The notes under the pieces were generated by a model. It saw only the letters and a program-made list of their open reading frames with translations. It made no database searches and was not told the origin of the DNA. This document shows positions 16,415-25,637 of a DNA stretch of 33,356 nt, piece after piece (position 1 is the first letter of the stretch; each line of letters starts with the position of its first letter). The stretch spans positions 1 through 33,356 of the forward strand of contig JBBIPG010000019.1 of assembly GCA_037442925.1 (NCBI GenBank). The letters run 5' to 3'. Position numbers and translations under genes: made by a program. Source of the stretch: Candidatus Fraserbacteria bacterium. Lineage in GTDB: Bacteria > Bipolaricaulota > Bipolaricaulia > RBG-16-55-9.

Positions 16415-17524
16415 ATGATTCCAAGAAAGCTATGGCTGGGACTCCTGGTCGTGGCCATGGTCGGTTTCGTCACAGTGGCGGCCGGACCCTTTGAGGAATG
16501 GCAGAAGAGCAAACACTCGAACCGGCAAACGGCCATTGATGAAGCTACTGTCGAGAACCGGGGTGCGACGGCTGCCCACTGTGGCCGCTGTCACTCCCAG
16601 CAGGGCTTTGTGGCCTGGCTACCGCAGCTCAACGCGGGGAACCCCGGCAATATCGCGAAGCCCGACGGCAGCGCGGCCGATGTGGAGTATCTGACCAGCT
16701 TGGGGTTGACCGTGGATAAGGTAGAACCGATCACCTGCACGGCCTGCCACCGCGAGGACAACTTCCAGCTGCGGGTTCAGAACGACACAGCGCTACTGCC
16801 CGCAGGCTTCGCTGCCGAAGGCGTGGGCAAGGGAGCCCTCTGCATGACCTGCCACAATACGCGCAACGGACGGGTGACGTTTAGTGCTACAGAGCTACGG
16901 AGGTTCTCCGGTCCACACGAGGCTGCCCAAGCGGACGTGATCATGGGCAAGAACTCCTACTTCTTCGATGACACGGCCGATAATCCATCACCTCATGCGG
17001 TCTTCACCGGCGATGCCTGTGTGACCTGTCACCTGAAGCTGGGTGAGGAAGGACACGCCTTCGAGGTCAGTGAGACCGTTTGCGCCAACTGCCATGGTCC
17101 CGCCATGACGGCCGAGCGCGTCCAGGAGCCGACAGAGCACTTGCTCAATCAACTGCTGAATCAGATTTCCCAGAAGGCGCTTGAGGTCAAAGACAAGATC
17201 GCCACCGTGACCGCCTGGGATCCAGTAACGGATGCCTCTACAGAGAACACGCCTATCGAGGGGAGCAAGATCACTGCTGTGGAAGAAATCCTCACGATTC
17301 ACGGTCAAATGAGCTTCAAGTTCAAGATGGAGGACGGCAGCGCCGTTTACAGTCAGCTTGGGAACATCAAGGATGCGCAGGGCCAAGCGGTCTACGCACT
17401 CTCTGACCCGATCGCACGGGCTGCTTGGAACTACTTGCTCATCGAGTACGACGGCAGCTTGGGAGTACACTACCCGAGCTTCGCTCGCGACGTGTTGATT
17501 ACAACGACCAACGCACTGCGCTAG
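16415..17524 (+). CDS. Secreted pentaheme cytochrome c with C-terminal DGS.GVHYP helical region
   Basis: Signal peptide, W..S.H, then CGRCH, CTACH, CMTCH, CVTCH, CANCH. Confidence 0.9.
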   Translation: MIPRKLWLGLLVVAMVGFVTVAAGPFEEWQKSKHSNRQTAIDEATVENRGATAAHCGRCHSQQGFVAWLPQLNAGNPGNIAKPDGSAADVEYLTSLGLTVDKVEPITCTACHREDNFQLRVQNDTALLPAGFAAEGVGKGALCMTCHNTRNGRVTFSATELRRFSGPHEAAQADVIMGKNSYFFDDTADNPSPHAVFTGDACVTCHLKLGEEGHAFEVSETVCANCHGPAMTAERVQEPTEHLLNQLLNQISQKALEVKDKIATVTAWDPVTDASTENTPIEGSKITAVEEILTIHGQMSFKFKMEDGSAVYSQLGNIKDAQGQAVYALSDPIARAAWNYLLIEYDGSLGVHYPSFARDVLITTTNALR

Positions 17525-17547
17525 CGAGCACATAACAAGACAAATAC

Positions 17548-17580
17548 GGGAGGGAAGCACGTAGGACATGCTTCCCTCTC
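17548..17580. terminator. Hairpin between convergent genes
   Basis: GGGAGGGAAGCACGT-agg-ACATGCTTCCCTCTC, 13 of 15 Watson-Crick pairs. Confidence 0.7.
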
Positions 17581-17608
17581 TCTCACATTCTCTCTTGCAT
17601 TTGCTGGC

Positions 17609-18496
17609 TCATTTGCCGAGCCAGGGAGCAACGAACGGATCCACTCCTAACGCCTTCAAGAAGATGAGTACCAACAAGAGGATTCCAGTCCCCAGCGCAG
17701 TAAACCCGAAGGTGCGGGCCAGCTGTATCGCCCACGCCGGAGGAGGGGAAGCCCGGCGCTCCTCCAGCCTCCCTTCCCTCTGGAGCCTCTCGAATTCCGC
17801 CGGATGCTTGCTGCGGAACTCCCGCTCCGAGAGCACCCCTGTGAAGATGACTATATCAATTGGGAAACTCTCCGGGCGCAGATGCGTGTTGAAGAAGTGG
17901 ATGGCGAAGATGAAGCCCACGGCCAAAAGCGCCTCCTCACTGTGGACGATGAAGGCCGCATTGAGCAGCCAGCCGGGCAGGATGAGAGTGGCATAGTCCT
18001 TGAACCAGAGGAGGAGCCCGCTGGAGCCGATGATGGCTACTCCCCAGAAGACGGCCCAGTAATCGAACTTCTCGAAGTAGCTCCAGCGGTCGAAGGTCGG
18101 GGGCGTGGGTCGAAGCCCTACGTACCAGCCCAACTGCTGAAAGAAGTGCTTAAAATCGAGTCCGCGAGGGATCATGGAGTTGGGTCCAAAGACCCACTCC
18201 CGCTGGAAGAGCCACCATCCTTGCACGCGTTTCTCGCGGTATCGTCTCCAAAGGCTTATGAGGTGAACGAAAAAGTACCCAAATGTCACCAGAGCGAAGA
18301 AGCGATGGAAACCTCCGGCGGCTGGCACACCTCCCAAGAACCCTGCTAATACCTTGGCCCAGGAGGTCTCCGCATACTTGAGGATCAGTCCGGTAAGAGC
18401 TAATCCCAAAAAGCTGATCACTACGCTCACATGGAGGCCGATCTCGAACGGTCCGAAGCGCCGGTAGTAGATCTCTTGCTCATTATTGGGCTTCAT
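17609..18496 (-). CDS. FdnI/HydC-type di-heme cytochrome b (CbcL b-domain-like)
   Basis: RRF....GLH....SF.GLA.TGL.LKY, FHR, RW.Y.EKFDYWAVFWG, IVHSEEALLA.GFIF.IHFFNTHLRP..FP.D. Confidence 0.88.
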   Translation of the reverse strand: MKPNNEQEIYYRRFGPFEIGLHVSVVISFLGLALTGLILKYAETSWAKVLAGFLGGVPAAGGFHRFFALVTFGYFFVHLISLWRRYREKRVQGWWLFQREWVFGPNSMIPRGLDFKHFFQQLGWYVGLRPTPPTFDRWSYFEKFDYWAVFWGVAIIGSSGLLLWFKDYATLILPGWLLNAAFIVHSEEALLAVGFIFAIHFFNTHLRPESFPIDIVIFTGVLSEREFRSKHPAEFERLQREGRLEERRASPPPAWAIQLARTFGFTALGTGILLLVLIFLKALGVDPFVAPWLGK

Positions 18497-19718
18497 GGTT
18501 CTCCTCCTCCGTGCTTGTTTTGGGAGCAGCTTTCCGCTTGCCTCTCCGTGGCAGGAGCTTCAGGAGGGGAGCGACGGCTGGCACGACATAGCCACGCACT
18601 GCCCAAAGCAGCGTATGCGTTCCGAAGACGCTGAAGACGCCAAAGAGCAGGGCCGTCATGAAAAGCCAGATCCCATAGAGGGCGGGAGGAGCTGTTTGAG
18701 AGTCGGAGGGGCGCACATGGGGTAGGAAAGCGACGAAGTTCGCGTTGGCATAAGAGTGGCACGCTTGACACGTCGAGACGATGTTGGCAGCCGATAACGT
18801 TGACTCGGGGTCCTCAGGCGGGAGGATCTGGTGGTTCCCGTGGCAATCCGCGCACGTGGCCACGCCTGCATAGCCCAGAGTCGTCACTTGGCCGTGATAG
18901 CTCTCGCGATAGGTGTCAAACGCCTCGGGATGGCAGTCGGCACAGGCGAGCACCGAGGCAAGCTGAAAGGCCTTCTCTCGGGGTGGCTGGATGGCGTGGG
19001 TTTGATGGCAGTTGGTGCAGACCGGACCCTGCTCCAAAGGGAGCTTCCCGTGCACGCTCGCTTGGTATTCGTTGAGGACTCCGAGGTGGCAGCGGCCGCA
19101 GGTCTCGGGGATGCGGCTTGGGTAGAGTCGGGAGCGGGGATCGGAGTTAGGAAGAGTATCATGGGCTCCGTGACAGTCGGCGCAGGTGGCAGCCACCAAG
19201 AGACCGCTGCGTAATAGACCCTGACCGTGGACGCTCTCCAGGTACTGTTGATAGGCTTCGGGGACCGGGATCTGGTGAGCCACGGCCAGTTTCTCGTTGC
19301 CATGACAGCCTCCGCAGGTCTGGGGCAAGTTGAAAGGGAAGACCCGAGAGTTCGGATCGCTTGTAGGGCGGATGTCGTGGCCACCGTGGCAAGCGGCGCA
19401 GTTGGGGACATCGGGGACGCCTTGCAGAAGTCCGCGGCCATGGACGCTCTCCCAATAGGCTTGGGTCTTGGGATGACAAGTGGCGCAGATTTGGGGATCC
19501 GTAGGTTGTTCATGCGGAATCTGTTTCGCTCCTACATGACAGATTGTGCAGGACAAGCTCTTATGAACGGAAGACTGGAGCGGTTCAAGCGTGAGATCCC
19601 GGTGGCAGAGCCGGCAGCTCTCGGCTTCCTGCGGATTCTGCGCCGCCGGAGCAAGCCAGGCGATCAAGAAACCAACCGCCGCGATCAAAACCCCCAGCCA
19701 TCTCCATCCCTGTCTCAT
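18483..19718 (-). CDS. Undecaheme cytochrome c with C-terminal TM helix (CbcL c-domain-like)
   Basis: Eleven CxxCH with recurring Y..S.HG spacers and C-terminal FGTHTLLW. Overlaps the cytochrome b gene. Confidence 0.92.
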   Translation of the reverse strand: MRQGWRWLGVLIAAVGFLIAWLAPAAQNPQEAESCRLCHRDLTLEPLQSSVHKSLSCTICHVGAKQIPHEQPTDPQICATCHPKTQAYWESVHGRGLLQGVPDVPNCAACHGGHDIRPTSDPNSRVFPFNLPQTCGGCHGNEKLAVAHQIPVPEAYQQYLESVHGQGLLRSGLLVAATCADCHGAHDTLPNSDPRSRLYPSRIPETCGRCHLGVLNEYQASVHGKLPLEQGPVCTNCHQTHAIQPPREKAFQLASVLACADCHPEAFDTYRESYHGQVTTLGYAGVATCADCHGNHQILPPEDPESTLSAANIVSTCQACHSYANANFVAFLPHVRPSDSQTAPPALYGIWLFMTALLFGVFSVFGTHTLLWAVRGYVVPAVAPLLKLLPRRGKRKAAPKTSTEEENHEAQ

Positions 19719-19736
19719 GGAGCATCACCCACATCC

Positions 19737-19800
19737 ATTCTAACACCTCTATCAGCTCACCAATATGAGCTTACTCAGGAAGGCAGATGATCTACATCAT
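19737..19800 (-). promoter_or_regulatory. Internal promoter for the CbcL-like pair: TAGAAT plus two Crp/Fnr-like boxes
   Basis: ATTCTA at 19737-19742. ATGAGcttaCTCAG at 19765-19778 and ATGATctacATCAT at 19787-19800. Confidence 0.7.
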
Positions 19801-21617
19801 CAAAACGTGATGTGGCACTTCAAACAACCCTCGAAATTGGCAGCTCCCTCTGGTGGCACGTCCTTGCGGTGGCACGTCCCACAGAACTCGTGCCACAGGG
19901 TGGGGACGGCAGTCTCGTAGTTCATATAATCGAGATGATCCATCTTCTCAACGTTGGTGTGGCACAGCGTGCAGTTAAAGCCGAGATTGACGTGCAGCTC
20001 GTGTGAGAACTTCACCTTCTCAGAACTCGTAGGGATCTGGGCCGAGTGGCACTGCAGGCAGTCTTGCAGGCTGGCTCCCTCCAGTTGCGCTCGGGCCGGA
20101 TGGCAGTCGGTGCAGCGATTCACCTGGGCACCATGTTGGGGGTCTTGATAGCCCACCTCGTCATGACAGATAGCACACTCGAGACCGCGCCGGACAACGT
20201 GTGTCTCATGTTGAAACGTCCACTTGTCGATCTCTTTCGCAATCGTCTCGGCGTCGAGATGACAAGCGGTGCATCGAGTCTCATAAGGTACTTGGGCCCA
20301 GGGGGGCTCCAGCTCCAGCTCGATGCCCACCTCAAGAAGGGCGTTCTTCAGATCTTCGTATGCCTTAAGCAGAACCGCGGAAGCATAGCCAGGGTTGTGG
20401 ACGCCGTGGGCGTTCGCGACGAAGTCGATGTTCTCTTGAGCCTGAAGAGCGAGCTCGTTGGGCGGGATGAGAGCTTGCACTTTCTGGTTTAGGGATTGGA
20501 CAGCTTCCAGACGGGTGGAGAGCACCTGCTCCCAAGTCTGGTAGATCTTGAAAAACGGAGCGCCGTGACAGGACATGCAACTCACCTCGCTGGCCAGCTT
20601 GCGGCCTTCTTTGGAGATGAGGTGGCAGCTCTCGCAGCTGACGCCCGCCAAGTACATCGCCGCAGGCAAGGGTTCGACATCTTTGCCTCCAATGCCTATG
20701 TAGAGATCGCGTTGCGGAGAGTGGCTACCCCCGACGTGACACGTCTCACAGCGGGTGGCCACTGCTTCCAGTGCCTTGGGGATCTGGTGTTGGATCTCGA
20801 TGTGGCAGCTTAAGCACTCGACTTTGTGCTCTGTGACGTGCATGCGGTGGAGAAATTCTGTTTCATTGATGCGCGCCAGGCGTGTGGGCTCGTTGTGGCA
20901 AGTCAGGCAGCGGTCTGGGGGGACCTCGCCTGCGCCCTGTACCACGTTGGCGTGGCAGAGGGTGCACTCCATACCGAGCCGCTTGACTTCCGCGTGGTCG
21001 AAGCTCAGGCCCGCCGTGGTGATGATCTGTTCCGGCGTCTCGTGGCAGAGCGTGCAGCGCGCCGTATCCTCGTTGAGTCTAGTCTCTTTGAAGTGGCAGA
21101 GGAAGCAGCTGCTCTCGGTCACGGCGATGTGCTGCCCCTGGACAATCTGGCTGTGACAGGAGGTACAGCGGAGTTTCTTCTCGCGGCGCATCTCGGTAAG
21201 ATGCGGCCGGTGGTCGAAGAGCACATTCTCGAAGAGCTCACGCCCGACGAGCAATCGTTGCTCGTGGCAGCCCGGCCTAAGGCAGCTTTCGTCGGGCACC
21301 TCGGCCCAGGGGTTCGTGCCATAGGTGCCAGTAAAGTAGCTCACGACCATGGAGAGCGCTTCGTACTTCTTGCGGAACTCCGCACTAATCCCCGGAGGAA
21401 TGTGGCACTCGACGCAGGCCACGTCACGGTGTGTGGAGGTCTCCCAGGACTCATAGTAGGGTTTCATGAAGTGGCAGGTGCCACAGAAGGCTGGCTGGGA
21501 GCTGATTTCGACACCCACGAAGAGCGCGGCCACACCCAAAGGCAGCGCGATGAGGGCCAGCCACAGCAGACGTAGCAGCCAGGGATAAGTCCGCCATCGG
21601 CGCAAGATCTGCATCAT
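19800..21617 (-). CDS. Large multiheme cytochrome c (18 CxxCH plus one CX4CH) with NapC/NirT-like N-terminus
   Basis: N-terminal TM, then SQPAFCGTCH.M.PYYESW..STH..V.CVECH. Atypical CLRPGCH. Repeated F.H..H spacers. Confidence 0.93.
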   Translation of the reverse strand: MMQILRRWRTYPWLLRLLWLALIALPLGVAALFVGVEISSQPAFCGTCHFMKPYYESWETSTHRDVACVECHIPPGISAEFRKKYEALSMVVSYFTGTYGTNPWAEVPDESCLRPGCHEQRLLVGRELFENVLFDHRPHLTEMRREKKLRCTSCHSQIVQGQHIAVTESSCFLCHFKETRLNEDTARCTLCHETPEQIITTAGLSFDHAEVKRLGMECTLCHANVVQGAGEVPPDRCLTCHNEPTRLARINETEFLHRMHVTEHKVECLSCHIEIQHQIPKALEAVATRCETCHVGGSHSPQRDLYIGIGGKDVEPLPAAMYLAGVSCESCHLISKEGRKLASEVSCMSCHGAPFFKIYQTWEQVLSTRLEAVQSLNQKVQALIPPNELALQAQENIDFVANAHGVHNPGYASAVLLKAYEDLKNALLEVGIELELEPPWAQVPYETRCTACHLDAETIAKEIDKWTFQHETHVVRRGLECAICHDEVGYQDPQHGAQVNRCTDCHPARAQLEGASLQDCLQCHSAQIPTSSEKVKFSHELHVNLGFNCTLCHTNVEKMDHLDYMNYETAVPTLWHEFCGTCHRKDVPPEGAANFEGCLKCHITF

Positions 21618-21620
21618 CTC

Positions 21621-23105
21621 TCACCCCCGACGCCGCTCACGCCGATAGAGCAGGACGACCAATAGCGTCAGCGCGAGATATCCCCAGATGAGCGCCAGCC
21701 CCACAAGTCGCACGCCGCGCACGCCCAAGAGGCCGTGCAGTTGGCTGCGTACTTCCTCAGCGATTGAGCGCGCCCGACGCGTCAGCTCCTCGACCTTTGT
21801 CACATCCAGCGAGTGCTGCACCGGCAGCGCCTCAATGAGATAGGTGCGCGCCTCGATCATGCGCGAGCGATACGGCGCGATGTCATATGCCTGAGCCTCA
21901 GCCGCTTGGAGCGCCGCCTCCGCTTCCTCTAACGCCTGTCGAGCCCCCGCCAGCATGACCTCAAGCTTCTCCACATCCTTGGAATCCGGGAGATGACAGA
22001 GGTTGCAAACTCCCTCCATCGAGCGCCCCATGCCCACGGACGCCACCTCGTGATTACCATGGCAGCCAGCGCATTCAGCGATGCTTTGTTCTTCCATCGC
22101 TTTCTTGTGCACGCTGGCATCGAAGTAGCGCCGCTCATTGATATGGCATGTCCCACAGACTTTGGTGATGTCCTCGATGCCAGGGGGAATGGCCCCGTGG
22201 GTGCCATGACACGTGGCACAACTGGGAGCCTTCGTATTCCCCTGCTCAAGGAGCGCGACTCCGTGGACACCTCTCTGGAAGGCCTCGACTTCGTCGGCAG
22301 GCAGACCGTAAGGTTCCATAAGGGCAGGGTCACTGTGGCAGCGGCCGCACGTTTCGGGAACCCGTGCGACGTAGACGGAGCTGCGGGGATCAAGAGCCAG
22401 CAAGATCCGATGGGCCGTATGACAATCGGTGCAGACGGCGACGTTGGTATCTCCCTCTTTCCACCGCTGACCATGCTGGGATGTCAAGTATTCCGCGAAC
22501 TGATCGGTGCGCAGTCCGTAGGGTTTCATCTTTAGGGGATCGGCGTGGCAAGAGCCGCATAGTTGGGGAATCTGGTCTCGTGAAGGAATCCCCCGAAAAC
22601 CGAGCGCCCGGTCATGCGCCCTCTCCCGATCGAGTGTGGCTGGATCGCCCCCATGGCAAGCGACACAATCGACGTCGAAGAGGGCATGGACACTCTCAAG
22701 GTAGTCGACCTTGATCTCACTATGGCAGACGAGACAACTTGGCCCCCCTGTCTCTTGGTCAGCGCCAACTCGGACCAACAAGATTACCAAGGCAACCAAC
22801 AGCAGCCCCAGTAGCCGAATGGACGGACGTCGAGGTCGGCGGGAGCGCCTAAACATGGGGACAGCAAACAAGAGCACGAAGAAGGCTACGAAAATAAAGA
22901 GCGCCTGATTGGGGGTCAACTTCTCAAGAACGTAATAAAACGGAAGGAAGTACCACGGAGGCGAGGCAGCGACCGAACTGAGAGGATCGGCGGGTGGCCC
23001 CAGTGTAGGCACCCACAGGATCGCCAGGGTAAACAGTAGACCCAACGCCAGCAAGATGACGATCAGTCCATCGAGCAGGAGATCAGCGTATGTCCTCTTG
23101 GGCAT
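21621..23105 (-). CDS. Rieske/cytb subunit IV fused to a nonaheme cytochrome c with C-terminal TM
   Basis: N-terminus LGPPADP....PPWYFLPFY with three TMs, followed by nine CxxCH. RBS GGAGGT supports a start at 23105. Confidence 0.88.
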   Translation of the reverse strand: MPKRTYADLLLDGLIVILLALGLLFTLAILWVPTLGPPADPLSSVAASPPWYFLPFYYVLEKLTPNQALFIFVAFFVLLFAVPMFRRSRRPRRPSIRLLGLLLVALVILLVRVGADQETGGPSCLVCHSEIKVDYLESVHALFDVDCVACHGGDPATLDRERAHDRALGFRGIPSRDQIPQLCGSCHADPLKMKPYGLRTDQFAEYLTSQHGQRWKEGDTNVAVCTDCHTAHRILLALDPRSSVYVARVPETCGRCHSDPALMEPYGLPADEVEAFQRGVHGVALLEQGNTKAPSCATCHGTHGAIPPGIEDITKVCGTCHINERRYFDASVHKKAMEEQSIAECAGCHGNHEVASVGMGRSMEGVCNLCHLPDSKDVEKLEVMLAGARQALEEAEAALQAAEAQAYDIAPYRSRMIEARTYLIEALPVQHSLDVTKVEELTRRARSIAEEVRSQLHGLLGVRGVRLVGLALIWGYLALTLLVVLLYRRERRRG

Positions 23106-23772
23106 TGTTCGATACCTCCACGGGTTTGGCTGGCACATCTGGCTTTTGGGAGACGGGCGCAAAGAGGCCCTGGCGGGCAACGAAATAGAGATGGACGCCG
23201 ATCAAGAGAGTGGTCAACCAAGGCAAGAGTCCTACATGGAAGACATAGAAGCGCAGGAGCGCCCCCTCGCCCAGCTCCACGCCACCCCAAAGGAAGTCAA
23301 GAAAGGGTTTTCCAATGAGAGGTATCCGCTCGATGGCGCGACGTGCAGCATCCGTGGTCCAGAAAGCCTGTTGATCCCAGGGCAAGAGCAGCCCCGTGAA
23401 CCCGAAGGCCATCACAAGCAGAAGCAGTATGACGCCGATGGCCCAGTTGAGTTCTCGCTCGCGGTATGCGCCATACAGCCCGATCCGCAGCATGTGCAAC
23501 AAGGTCACGAGAATCAGCAAGTCCGCTCCCCAGCGATGCAGGCCACGCACGAGCCAGCCCAGTTGCGCTGTGCCCATGAGGTACTGAATGCTTGGGCGGG
23601 CTTCTGCTACTGTGGGCTGATAGTAGACCATGAGCAGGATGCCCGTGAGGATCTCGACCAAGAACAGGAACACCACCGCGCCACCCAGCAAGTGGCCCAG
23701 GTGGAATTGAGGCGGCAGAGGCAGCTCCAACTCCCGGCGGATGAGTCCGCGCGTGCGTTCCCAAAGAGCCAC
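23083..23772 (-). CDS. Cytochrome b6-type (split, N-terminal) subunit of the third Rieske/cytb complex
   Basis: TGILL..YYQP, RGLHRWGA...LH, RELNW, FTG.LLPWDQ, RFYVFH...H. GTG start directly after the Rieske stop. Confidence 0.92.
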   Translation of the reverse strand: MALWERTRGLIRRELELPLPPQFHLGHLLGGAVVFLFLVEILTGILLMVYYQPTVAEARPSIQYLMGTAQLGWLVRGLHRWGADLLILVTLLHMLRIGLYGAYRERELNWAIGVILLLLVMAFGFTGLLLPWDQQAFWTTDAARRAIERIPLIGKPFLDFLWGGVELGEGALLRFYVFHVGLLPWLTTLLIGVHLYFVARQGLFAPVSQKPDVPAKPVEVSNNAQEDIR

Positions 23773-23774
23773 GG

Positions 23775-24236
23775 TTATCCTTCCCTCCCGATGAAGATCT
23801 CCTCGCCTACGACCTCGACGCGCTGGCGGGGTAAAGGCCAACGCGGCAGGCCGGCCACGACGTTGCCGCTGACGTCGAAGAGTCCACCGTGGCAGGGGCA
23901 GCTTAGCAAACTGCGCTTCTCATCCCAGTTGACGATGCAACCTTTGTGAGTGCAAACGGCCGAAAGAGCGACAAAGCCATGCGGAAGGCGCAGGACCCAA
24001 ACGGGCTGTCCCTCAAGCAGGATTTGCTTTCCCTGACCCACGGCAAAATCGCGCACGGAGCCGACTCGAACACGCAGACGGCCAGGGTTGAACGCCTGCC
24101 GCTCCGGCGGGAAGATGAAGGCGATCACTCCACCCAGAAGGCTCAAGAAGCCCACGATCAGCGAGCCCTGAAGCAACCTGCTTAAGAAAGCTCGGCGCTC
24201 ACTGCTGGCTCCCTCTGGGGCTCTTGAGCTACGCAT
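23775..24236 (-). CDS. Rieske [2Fe-2S] protein, copy C
   Basis: ERRAFL TAT motif plus TM. CTHKGC and CPCHGGLFD. RBS AAGAGGGG favours a start at 24236. Confidence 0.93.
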   Translation of the reverse strand: MRSSRAPEGASSERRAFLSRLLQGSLIVGFLSLLGGVIAFIFPPERQAFNPGRLRVRVGSVRDFAVGQGKQILLEGQPVWVLRLPHGFVALSAVCTHKGCIVNWDEKRSLLSCPCHGGLFDVSGNVVAGLPRWPLPRQRVEVVGEEIFIGREG

Positions 24237-24269
24237 GCCTGTACCCCTCTTCTTACGTCCTGTCATCCC

Positions 24270-24356
24270 ATTCTAAAGCCCATCTCATATGAAACTCCAT
24301 GATGGAGATCAGCGGCAACATTGATCTCACTCACGAAGTATGCTGACTAGAGTCAT
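24270..24356 (-). promoter_or_regulatory. Promoter of complex C operon: TAGAAT plus three Crp/Fnr-like boxes at 22-bp period
   Basis: ATTCTA at 24270-24275. ATGATggagATCAG at 24299-24312, TTGATctcaCTCAC at 24321-24334, CTGACtagaGTCAT at 24343-24356. Confidence 0.7.
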
Positions 24357-24452
24357 TGATCTCAAGCGGGGAGAAGATGTATCGCTTAAGCTCAGCAAGC
24401 GAGACGGGCAGTGTCCCCATAGGAGAAATCTATCTCGAGCGCTTGAAGATGG

Positions 24453-24461
24453 TGTTATAAT
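24453..24461 (+). promoter_or_regulatory. Extended -10 promoter (TGnTATAAT) for the DsbB-DOMON operon
   Basis: TGTTATAAT, followed by RBS GGAGGAGGTGA and ATG at 24495. Confidence 0.6.
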
Positions 24462-24494
24462 AGTGGTCATGATCTTGGCAGGAGGAGGTGAGCG

Positions 24495-25637
24495 ATGCTC
24501 CAGACTCTATTCGCAGAATATGGTCTATACTTTGCTTGGCTTGTCTCTCTTGTCGCCACCGGCGGCAGCCTCTACTTCAGCGAAGTGATGGGGTTCATCC
24601 CGTGCGCACTCTGCTGGTATCAACGCATCTTCATGTACCCCCTTGTAATCCTTTTGGGGATGGCGAGCTTCCGCAGTGACCGCAGGATCGCGGGTTACGT
24701 CCTGCCGCTGAGCGTCATCGGCTTGAGCATCGCGTTTTATCATTACTTTCTTGTGGAACAAAAACTCTTGGGGGAATTGGAGTCGCCCCTATGTCAGGTG
24801 GGCGTGCCCTGCGACACCAAATACATCGAATGGCTCGGCTTCATCACCATTCCCTTCCTGTCGCTGGTGGCCTTTACCCTGATCACAATTTTGATGGTCT
24901 ATGTCCGCCGCGCCTTGCGAGCGGAACCTGAGACGTGGGTATCTCCGGCTTCCGAGGTGAAAGCTCCAACCGAAGTGAAAGAACCCGTATTTAAGAGTTC
25001 GATCAGATTGCCCGCTGTGGCTCTGCTCTTGGCCGCCGCAGGCACTTTGACACTGGGGTTCGATCTCAGCCGGAAGTATCCCGGCGACCCACCCACCACA
25101 TGGTCGGTGGAGCGTCTGGTAGAGGTTCCAGAAGCCTTGCAGATAGATGGTGTGCTGCAAGAAGGTGAGTACCAGAACAGGCTGAGTTCCTTCAGAATCA
25201 AGATGGATCTCTATTGGAGCGTCCGTGAGGATCGGGTCTATTTCGGGCTGAAGGCCCCTACCCAGGGCTGGGTTGCACTGGGGTTCAACAGCGCAGTCCC
25301 CTTGATGAGAGGAGCAGACATCATCATCGGCTATGTCAAGGATGGCCAACTCGCTCTGGAGGATAGCTACGCGAACTCACGCATCGGCCATCAGACCGAT
25401 ATTCAACTGGGTGGTCGCGATGACATTCTGGATAGAGCGAGCACTCAGGATGAAGGGGGAACGATCATCGAATTCTCTCGACGTTTGGATACCGGCGATA
25501 CGTTTGACATGCCCATTCGTCCGGCCGAGAAACTGATGATATTGCTTGCTTACGGGCAGCGAGATGATCTCATCAGTTACCACGATCGGATGAGAGCGCT
25601 CATGGCGAATATTGAATTGGTTCCGGAAGGCCGTTGA
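24495..25637 (+). CDS. DsbB/BdbC-type disulfide-bond formation protein fused to a DOMON domain
   Basis: GSLYFSEV.G..PCALCWYQRI.MYP, second Cys pair CQVGVPC, GFITIPFLS; then a linker, a TM, and DOMON (GWVALG, MRGADI, LDTGD.FD, SYH). Confidence 0.9.
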   Translation: MLQTLFAEYGLYFAWLVSLVATGGSLYFSEVMGFIPCALCWYQRIFMYPLVILLGMASFRSDRRIAGYVLPLSVIGLSIAFYHYFLVEQKLLGELESPLCQVGVPCDTKYIEWLGFITIPFLSLVAFTLITILMVYVRRALRAEPETWVSPASEVKAPTEVKEPVFKSSIRLPAVALLLAAAGTLTLGFDLSRKYPGDPPTTWSVERLVEVPEALQIDGVLQEGEYQNRLSSFRIKMDLYWSVREDRVYFGLKAPTQGWVALGFNSAVPLMRGADIIIGYVKDGQLALEDSYANSRIGHQTDIQLGGRDDILDRASTQDEGGTIIEFSRRLDTGDTFDMPIRPAEKLMILLAYGQRDDLISYHDRMRALMANIELVPEGR

